From an uncultured Actinomycetota bacterium (GTDB lineage: Bacteria; Actinomycetota; Actinomycetes; JAFAQI01): 64,000 nucleotides of DNA. Each line of letters starts with the position of its first letter. Position 1 is the first letter of the stretch. This document shows positions 56,848 to 64,000 of this stretch, in pieces. The DNA is taken from positions 131,395-195,394 of the forward strand of contig CAVYQE010000006.1 of NCBI GenBank assembly GCA_963770565.1. Reading direction: 5' to 3'. The translations under genes and the position numbers were made by a program. The notes beneath the pieces were generated by a model. The model was not told the DNA's origin. It saw nothing but the letters and a program-made list of their open reading frames with translations, and ran no database searches.

Positions 56848-59232
56848 GCGATCTCGGGTGCGGCGAGGATGTCGATGGCGGCGGTTTTCGCTCGGCTGGT
56901 GTCGAGCGCGGCGATCACGTGGGCGAGGTCGTGGGTGCCGTCCTCGCCCACGTCGAGGCTGCTGGTGACGGCGTAGAGGTGGTTGTGCTGGCGGCCGCGG
57001 GTCAGTCCGGTGTAGCCGAGCTCGGCATACAGGGTGTCATCGCCGAGGAGCAGCGCGACGTCGCAGGTCAGTCCTTGCGTCTTATGGACGGTACGGGCGT
57101 AGGCGTGGCTCAGGTGGTCGGTGACGTAGTCCATCGGGACTTCGAGTTCACGGTCGCCGATCCGGACCCGGAGGGCGGGGTGGTCGGCCGCGATGCCGGT
57201 GATGACACCGAGGTCACCGTTGATCAGCCCGAGGTCGTAGCGGTTGCGGCCGGCGAGGACCGGTTCGCCGACGCAGATATCGGCGGTCGTCGACGAGGGC
57301 GACGAGCGGCCCAAGTTGCCCGGATGCTTCGAGGTGGTGGTGCGCGCGGCGGTTGAGATCGGCCGCGTCGGCGCGGCGGACGGCACCCATGACAACGTCC
57401 GAGCCTGCGTCGCGGTGGGTGAGCCAGTCGGTGACCATTTGGTCGCGGAGTGTGTCGCTGTTGGCCGCGACCGTGACCTTGCCGCCGCGGTCGAGATGCC
57501 GGACAGCGAACCGGGTGTGACCGTGGCGCAGCGCGGTCACGGCGAGTCGTTCCTCCGGGTCGTGCTGGCGGCGGTTGTCGACCAGCTCGACACGCGGGCC
57601 GCGGTTCGCAAGGGCGGTGAACAGGCCACCGGCTTCCACCGCGGGCAGTTGTTTGGGGTCACCGACCTGGATCAGCTTTGCGTCGGCGCGTGTGGTCTCG
57701 GTGGCGAGACTGGCCAGCAGCCGGGTGCCGAGCATGCCAGCCTCGTCCACGACTAGCACGTCACCGGGCCGTAGCCGGATCGTCCCGGTGGCTAGGGCCT
57801 GGTGGAGGGCGTGGGCGGTGGTGGCAGGGATGCCAGATCCGGCTTGCAGCTCGCGGGCGGCACGAGCCGCGGGTGCGGCGCCGATGACCCGGTGACCGGA
57901 TGATTCGAATGCGTCGCGCACGGCGTCGAGGGCGAACGTCTTGCCAGTACCGGCGTGCCCCACGACAACATCGATGCGCCGGCCGCTGCCGCATAGCGCC
58001 TCGACCATGCGTCGCTGCTCGGCGGACAGTGATGGACGGTCCGCGATGGCCGCGGTGACTGCCTGCGGGTCCGCGGTCAGCCGGGAGGCAGCTTGCTGCT
58101 CGGCGAGGGCGACGACGCGGGCTTCTAGCTCGAGGATCTCCGGCGTGGTCCACCGGTTCTCGCCGAGTGGGATCGCGAGGTCACCGGCGAGGTAGGCGTC
58201 GGCGCGGTCGAGGATGTCGGTGACGGTCGCGCCCTGCCGGGCGGCTCGGGCAACGGCACGGATCACATCGCCGCGGTCGTAGCTGGCATGCTCACTCGTC
58301 ACCGCGACAGCGACGTCCTCGTCGCCGGCCCGCAAGGTTGGGGTGCGAGGGACGCGGACCACATGGGAAAGGTCGAACCGGGCATCCAGCGCCCGAGAGC
58401 GCCACTCGGCCCGCAACTCGGTCTCGGAGACGCCCTTCGGTTTCGGTTTGCGGCTGGTGAGCGTGGCGATCCGGGCGGCGCGGCCGCCGTGCGCTCCGAG
58501 CCGGTCCATCTCTTCGACGATCTCGGCCCGGCGGCGGGAGAACGCGCGGCGCATCGCCGGGGAAATGCCGGCGATCTCGGCGACGCCGTGCCGGTCGATC
58601 TCGTCGAACACGACCCCGAGCCGCACGGTCAGCTCGCGGCGCAGCGCGGCTTGGAAGATCGCCTCGGCGGTGTACCGCTGGTCATAGAGCAGCCGGGCGT
58701 CCAACGCGGTACGCCGCCCGTCGGGGCCTTCGGCGACGTTGAACACGACCCAGTGCAGGTGGATGCCAGGGTCGCCCAGCCGGCTGGTCCGGTGCCGGAA
58801 CACCGCCCCGAGGAACCCCGTGCCGGGTTCGGTGCGCTCACCGGCGTGCCCGCGCCGGACCGCGCAGGCGGTCTGCTCGAGATAGATCTCGACCTGATCC
58901 CGTGCCGCGTACAGCGCGGCTTCGACCTCGGCGGCGTCATGCTCGGAGCCGAGCGCCCACAGCAGCGACACCGACTTCGACGGTGACAGGGTCAGGTCGA
59001 ACCCGGTCACTGTCGTGGCATGTTCGGTGAGCCGGCCACCGGCCGGGTGGTGGCCGGCGAACGCCGCGGCGAGCGCCTCCCGGCCGGCTGGACCGGTCAG
59101 CCCATCGGCCGCGGCGAGAGTCCCGACCCAGGCACCGGGCGCGGTCCCGGCCTCGGAGAGGTAGTCCTCGCGGCCGTCGATGACCTCGCGCTCGTAGTAG
59201 CCGAGGTTCTGGCACTTGCCGATCGACAGCAC
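56844..59232 (-). pseudogene. MobF (TrwC) relaxase-helicase with a single frameshift near 57280
   Basis: MLSIGK..YYE, DLTLSPSKS, HRTSRLGDPGIHLH, GHAGTGKT, DEAGM; C-terminal TVHKTQG in the next frame. Confidence 0.9.
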
Positions 59233-59347
59233 GAGGTGGCGTCCTCACCTTCAGGTGCATCGGTGTGGAGGTTGCTGATCTGTCCGGCGGTCACGCTGCG
59301 GGAGGGATCGAGAGGCCGCCGCGAGGCGGCCGGATGGGAGCCGCGGG

Positions 59348-59581
59348 TCAGGTTGCGGGCTGCGCCTCGGGGGCGGGCCGGCTGGGCAGGACGCGTTCGA
59401 TGAACGCGGCCAACGCCGCGCGCGGGACGCGTTTCTGGCAGCCGAACCACACGAACGGCAGCCCGGACTTGCCGCCCGACCGGTCGTATTCGACAGTGAG
59501 CTCATACACCTTCGACCGGCCCAGCTGCAGGACGGCCGCAGCCTGAGCCACCGTAAGGAACGGGGGGAGATCGTCTAGCAT
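59348..59581 (-). CDS. Excisionase / HTH_17 protein
   Basis: FLTVAQAAAVLQLGRSKVYEL...KRVP; GAGGTG RBS. Confidence 0.85.
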   Translation of the reverse strand: MLDDLPPFLTVAQAAAVLQLGRSKVYELTVEYDRSGGKSGLPFVWFGCQKRVPRAALAAFIERVLPSRPAPEAQPAT

Positions 59582-59672
59582 CACGTCACCTCGCTGTACT
59601 TCACAACCGTGGGGCAATGTCGCTATCATAACAACACGGTTGTCAAGTACAACGTGAACGAGTGGAGGATCT

Positions 59673-60371
59673 GTGGCGCGACGACGCGCACCCGAGAAGG
59701 ACGCACCGTCCAGCTCGCCCGGCGGCCTGGATGTGAACGCGGTCGTCTCCTACAACCTGCGCACCATCCGGCAACGGCAAGGCTGGACCCAGGAAGGTGT
59801 CGCGCAGCGGCTGGCGCAGCTGAGCGGGCACGAGTTGCCGCAGGCGTCGATCTCGGCGATGGAACGCGGTTTCGAAGGTGGCCGGCGCCGCCGCTTCGAC
59901 GCCCACGAGCTGTACCTGCTCTCCGTCGTGTTCGGCGTCCCGATCGTCTACTTCTTCATCCCGCCACCCACCGAGGAGCGCGAGGACCGCTCCCTCGCTG
60001 ACACCGGACAACCGGTCAGTGATCTCTACGCCGCGTTGCTGGGCGCGGACGACCAGCTCGCCGAAGTTGACCAGCGGCTCACGGACCTGGGCCGAACGAG
60101 TCCGGCCGAGGCCGAGATGACCCTGGCGCTCATCTACGGCCCCGAGGGCGGCCCGGTCCGTGACTGGTACGCCGCGTTCCGCACCTGGCGCAAGCGCCGA
60201 CTGCTCGCCCTCGCCCGCGACCACGGCGACCGGCTCGAGGACATCGCCGAGTTCCTCACCACCTTCGGCACCGAACTCAAAAACGTCGGACCCCAGGCCT
60301 ATCTACAGATGAAAGCGCACCGCGCCGGCGAAGACGTGCTGCCGGCAGCCATCGAACCCGAGGAGGGATAG
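59673..60371 (+). CDS. XRE-family HTH regulator, divergent from xis
   Basis: NLRTIRQRQGWTQEGVA...SISAMERG. Confidence 0.85.
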   Translation: MARRRAPEKDAPSSSPGGLDVNAVVSYNLRTIRQRQGWTQEGVAQRLAQLSGHELPQASISAMERGFEGGRRRRFDAHELYLLSVVFGVPIVYFFIPPPTEEREDRSLADTGQPVSDLYAALLGADDQLAEVDQRLTDLGRTSPAEAEMTLALIYGPEGGPVRDWYAAFRTWRKRRLLALARDHGDRLEDIAEFLTTFGTELKNVGPQAYLQMKAHRAGEDVLPAAIEPEEG

Positions 60372-61739
60372 ATGCGCGGGTCAATCGTGAAGAAAGGCGG
60401 CCGCTACTACGTCAAGCTCGAACTCGACCCCGACCCGGCGAGCGGCCGACGTCGGCAGAGGTGGCACTCCGGATACGCGACGAAACGCGAAGCCGAACGC
60501 GCCCGAGTCGACCTACTCTCCAAACTCGACCGCGGCGAGTACGTCCCGCCAACCCATCAGACCCTCGGCGCCTATCTCACTGAGTGGCTCATCACGATCG
60601 AGCCGACCGTTCGCCAATCGACGTTCGACTCCTATCAGCGCAACATGCGGCTGCACGTCATCGACCACGTCGGCGAGACGAAGCTTGCGCGCGTCGATGC
60701 GGGTGTCCTCAACGGTCTGTACGCGACGCTGCTCAGGAGCGGCCGGCGGCCGTCGTCACGGAAGGGGAAAGGACATCCGCCGACCGTCGTCGATCGTGTG
60801 GTCGCGCTTCGCCGCGAAGGACATGCGTTGAGCGACATTGCCTCCCGGGTGTCCGCAGAAATGGCGGACCGCGAGCCGTTGACCAAGAACGCGGTCGCGG
60901 CGCTGCTGCGACGACAAGCGCAACGAGACGGCGAGGGTCCTACCGGGCGGCCGGGGCTAGACGCGAGGACCGTCGCGTACGTGCACACGATCCTGCACCG
61001 CGCGTTTAAGGACTCGGTCCGCTGGGGGCGCCTCGCCCGCAACCCCGCCGACGCAGCCGACCCCCCGCGTGCACGGCCCAAGCCGGATGCGGCGCAGGCC
61101 TGGGATGCGACGACCCTGCAGCGCTTTCTCAAATCCTCCGCAGAGCGGGGGGACCGGCTCTACGCGCTGTGGGTGGTGTTGTCGACGACCGGGATGCGTA
61201 GGGGAGAGGCACTCGGTCTTCGGTGGGCGGACGTGGATCTCGAGGCAGGCCGCGCACAGATTCGGCAAACGGTGATCCAGGTGCGTGGCCAGGTTGTGCT
61301 CGGCGAGCCGAAGACGGCGCAGGGTCGCCGAGCGATCGACCTCGACACCTGGACGGTGGCTGCGTTGCGTACACACCGGATCCGGATGGCCGAGGAGCGG
61401 TTACTTGTCGGCCCCGACTTCGCCGACAGCGGGCTGGTGTTCCACGACCCGTCCGGTGCGCCGCTTCGCCCGGAGTCAGTGAGCCGCTCGTTTGCGCGGC
61501 GCGTCGCGGCCGGGGGTCTGTCGCCGCTGACGTTGCACGGGCTGCGTCACACCTGGGCGACCCTGGCGCTGCACAACGGTGTACATCCCCGCGTCGTGCA
61601 GGAGCGGCTCGGCCACGCAACGATTGCCATCACCCTCGGGATCTACAGCCACGTGTCGCCGACGTTGCACGCCCAGGCAGCGCAGTCGATCGCGGACACA
61701 ATGTTCGGGGCAGTTCGCCCGGGTCCGTCGAACGGTTGA
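60372..61739 (+). CDS. Tyrosine integrase with N-terminal arm-binding domain (intact)
   Basis: MRGSIVKKG, TGMRRGEALGLRW, PKT, LHGLRHT, LGHATIAITLGIYSH. Confidence 0.95.
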   Translation: MRGSIVKKGGRYYVKLELDPDPASGRRRQRWHSGYATKREAERARVDLLSKLDRGEYVPPTHQTLGAYLTEWLITIEPTVRQSTFDSYQRNMRLHVIDHVGETKLARVDAGVLNGLYATLLRSGRRPSSRKGKGHPPTVVDRVVALRREGHALSDIASRVSAEMADREPLTKNAVAALLRRQAQRDGEGPTGRPGLDARTVAYVHTILHRAFKDSVRWGRLARNPADAADPPRARPKPDAAQAWDATTLQRFLKSSAERGDRLYALWVVLSTTGMRRGEALGLRWADVDLEAGRAQIRQTVIQVRGQVVLGEPKTAQGRRAIDLDTWTVAALRTHRIRMAEERLLVGPDFADSGLVFHDPSGAPLRPESVSRSFARRVAAGGLSPLTLHGLRHTWATLALHNGVHPRVVQERLGHATIAITLGIYSHVSPTLHAQAAQSIADTMFGAVRPGPSNG

Positions 61740-61808
61740 TCCGCGGGCCACAGTGGCGGTGCGGCCGTGGATCGCAGGGTCCGCGTACAGCGGGGTGAGG
61801 GCCTGTCG

Positions 61809-62096
61809 CTAAGACACGCGTTCGATCAGACGGACGTCGGCATCGAGGGCCTCGGCGATGCGCTGCAGCGTCTTCGTCGTCGGGTGTGTCGAACCCCGCT
61901 CGATTCGGCTGATGTCCGCTTGAGCGACGCCGGACCGCTCGGCCAGTTGAGCCTGCGTGAGCCCGTGCTTCTCCCGCAGGTCGATCAGCTGCAGGGCGAT
62001 GTCGTAGGCCTCCACGAACACCTTCTGCTGTTCGCGGGCTTGGGGCGACAGCCGCGACCGACGTTTGGCGACGACGTCCTGGTAGCTCGGTGCCAT
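61809..62096 (-). CDS. XRE HTH antitoxin (HigA-like)
   Basis: LREKHGLTQAQLAERSGVAQADISRIERG; downstream of the toxin. Confidence 0.85.
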   Translation of the reverse strand: MAPSYQDVVAKRRSRLSPQAREQQKVFVEAYDIALQLIDLREKHGLTQAQLAERSGVAQADISRIERGSTHPTTKTLQRIAEALDADVRLIERVS

Positions 62097-62143
62097 GCGA
62101 CCGCACCTCCTCCCGACCAGTATGGGGAATTCCCTATCAACGG

Positions 62144-62590
62144 TCAATGCCGTCGCGTCGATCGCTTCTCCCGGCGTCGCCGCTCCTTGAACTGGGCAAG
62201 CAGCTTGCGCGCGGCTGCGATCTCCCGTTGCTGACGACGCTCCTTGGGATCCTCGCCCTTGTCGTAACCGCCCAGCAGCAGGACGACCTTCTCACCGTAG
62301 AAGTGAACGAAGACGCGGAGCAGCACTTTCTCGACAGGTGCCGTGACATCCGGCGGATCACCCCCGAACATGTGCGCAATTTCCTTGGCATCGTGGCGAA
62401 TCCGGAACTCGTGGAGGCCGTCGCCCAGCGGTTTCAACCACTCCGTCCGTGCCAGGTCGAGGCCACGCACCGCCAGCACCCGCTCGAGCGCAGCGTCGAG
62501 CGCGACGAACTTGAAGTCGGAGAGATCCTCAGCGAAGACAGCGAACGGAACCGAGCCGTCGTCGGCCTCAAATGGCTCAAGGGTCCACAT
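62144..62590 (-). CDS. RelE/ParE-superfamily toxin (HigB/Gp49-like)
   Basis: KPLGDGLHEFRI, RVFVHF, VLLLGGYDK; toxin-first order. Confidence 0.85.
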   Translation of the reverse strand: MWTLEPFEADDGSVPFAVFAEDLSDFKFVALDAALERVLAVRGLDLARTEWLKPLGDGLHEFRIRHDAKEIAHMFGGDPPDVTAPVEKVLLRVFVHFYGEKVVLLLGGYDKGEDPKERRQQREIAAARKLLAQFKERRRREKRSTRRH

Positions 62591-62737
62591 CGGGGCCTAT
62601 CTTGCCGGTCGTTCGGCCGGACGAACGTACGACGCGGCGGTCCGGAAGCGACCGACTCGCCAGGGCCACCTGCCTCGGAGCCTCGGACTGCACCTCCGAT
62701 ACCCGACACGGGCGCGCCGGCCGAGTTGCGCCAGCGC

Positions 62738-62758
62738 TCCGGTAGAAATCCGGTAGAA
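62738..62758. repeat. Direct repeat TCCGGTAGAA x2 (arm-type site candidate)
   Basis: Lies ~50 bp inside the att-like core. Confidence 0.6.
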
Positions 62759-62805
62759 GTCAAGGGTTTTTGCGAGGTCGATGTGCCCTCTGACCTGCGG
62801 AAACG

Positions 62806-62826
62806 TGGTGTCGGAGGGGGAACTTG
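62806..62826 (-). other. att-like duplicated 3' end of a tRNA (probably tRNA-Leu)
   Basis: Minus strand CAAGTTCCCCCTCCGACACCA: T-arm half, acceptor 3' strand and CCA, with no 5' half. Confidence 0.7.
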
Positions 62827-63115
62827 CAACTTGATTACACGACCCGTCGTGTTGCGAAGTGGCTGGTCGGAGCTCAGGCGAGTCTCTTGATCAGAGGGGC
62901 TAGCGGCCCATTGGAAGGTGGCCTAGGAACCGCGGCAGCGCAGATCGCCGAGCCTGTTTTAGCGAATAACCATATATCACAATAACTCCGTATTAACGCC
63001 ACCCGGCATCGCTCCTCGTCGTGTTACGGCGATGATCTCACTTCTTGCACTTTCCGCGTGTGAACGCTACCTTTGGCCCGCCTCCTAACCCAGTCACCCG
63101 TTTGGCGGTTGACAT

Positions 63116-63499
63116 TTGGGAGAAGGCGTGTTCCGAGCACTTGCCGCAGGGGCGTTGATGGCCACGGTCGGCGTTGTGCTCGTCGTGAACCACTCAAGCG
63201 GTGCCCAGAGCAGGGCTGAGAGTGCCCGCATCGCTGCTGACCCGCGAACCGTAAACGTTAACGTCGCGGATCTTGTCCCTCTCTATCGAGGCGACGTCAA
63301 AACCTCCTGGAAGTACGTCGATGAGCTGAGAGAAAGGGGAGACGCACAGGTCATTTATCTCTACGCCGATAAGAGTGGAAATTATGCATATGTCTTTGAT
63401 ACCCATCGCCAGTTCGTCTCGTGGGCATGCGCCCCAACACAACCGAAACGCCCACTATGCAGCGACGCAAAAGACTTCGCCGCCCATAGCAATTCCTAA
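63116..63499 (+). CDS. Hypothetical exported protein, lower GC
   Basis: N-terminal hydrophobic segment; atypical codon usage. Confidence 0.6.
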   Translation: MGEGVFRALAAGALMATVGVVLVVNHSSGAQSRAESARIAADPRTVNVNVADLVPLYRGDVKTSWKYVDELRERGDAQVIYLYADKSGNYAYVFDTHRQFVSWACAPTQPKRPLCSDAKDFAAHSNS

Positions 63500-63529
63500 T
63501 TCTTCTTCCCGCCACAAGGAGATGAAGAC

Positions 63530-63958
63530 ATGCACGCTAAGCAACTAACGACGCGGGTGTCCGTCATTATGACAATGATGCTCGGCCTATTTGGAACTGC
63601 AGCCGTCGCGATGCCGAGCGCAGCCTTCGCGACATGTTCTACAAGCCCGAACCTGACGGGCATTTACTACTACACCAACATCAACTGCGGGAGCTACCTC
63701 GACAAGATCAACGCGGATGTTGAGATCGACAGTCTTGCCGACTACGCCCCAGGATGGAATAATTCCATCTCGTCCGTCGATGAATCTCCGCAAATCGGTG
63801 ATGAACGATGGCGGCTATACATGTACAACGCAATAGACTTGAGTGGCGCTTCAATCGGCCTGTCGAACGCGAGTACAACCGCGAGCAAGTTCTGGAATAT
63901 GACCGAGCTCGGCTTCAATGACGAGGCCAGTTCTCTGATTCAGACATACAGCGACTGA
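63530..63958 (+). CDS. Secreted protein, beta/gamma-crystallin / peptidase inhibitor I36-like
   Basis: AAGGAG RBS, signal peptide AFA, two (W/F)N(N/D)xxSS repeats after Yxxxn motifs. Confidence 0.7.
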   Translation: MHAKQLTTRVSVIMTMMLGLFGTAAVAMPSAAFATCSTSPNLTGIYYYTNINCGSYLDKINADVEIDSLADYAPGWNNSISSVDESPQIGDERWRLYMYNAIDLSGASIGLSNASTTASKFWNMTELGFNDEASSLIQTYSD

Positions 63959-64000
63959 GCGGTTATGCAACAGTCTGGGGACTAACGCCCCAGGCTGTTG

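Larger units (their letters stand above)
55102..62826. mobile_element. Integrative mobilizable element 2 (T4CP-MobF-xis / repressor-int-TA); left boundary uncertain
   Basis: Gene set plus att-like tRNA fragment at 62806. Confidence 0.8.

Noticed and set aside
55102-62826. Self-transmissible ICE or prophage
   Set aside because: No VirB4/mating-pair or virion genes; only T4CP and relaxase, so at most mobilizable.
62806-62880. Complete tRNA gene
   Set aside because: Only the 3' 21 nt are tRNA-like; no D-arm or anticodon arm can be folded.

Overview
High-GC actinobacterial chromosome segment in three parts. (1) 1-20.7 kb is a CoA-dependent catabolic region: an SNF2-type helicase end, SDR, an MFS-ABC ATPase fusion, four acyl-CoA dehydrogenases, a crotonase, three CoA ligases, ALDH, a ketopantoate-reductase-family enzyme and a DUF35+thiolase pair. 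(2) 20.8-36.9 kb holds a pair of very large uncharacterised proteins (the first with a Tat motif), small accessory genes, tRNA-Asp/Glu, a secreted metzincin protease and tRNA-Lys(TTT). (3) 36.9-64 kb is a composite island. A frameshifted int-xis-MobF relaxase element sits at tRNA-Lys, and a second element (T4CP, MobF, xis, repressor, integrase, RelE/HigBA-like TA) ends at a tRNA-Leu-like 3' att remnant. Between them (about 42-55 kb) is a run of small, mostly leaderless genes (immunity-like, SIR2-like, lipoproteins). Most end in an oriented site, A(A/G)GTGCCG(C/T)T, that fits a Xer/dif-like 11-6-11 layout, and both IS110 elements are inserted in such sites. This putative integron-like cassette array without IntI/attC is the most novel-looking signal. 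All calls are by eye; no database searches were run.
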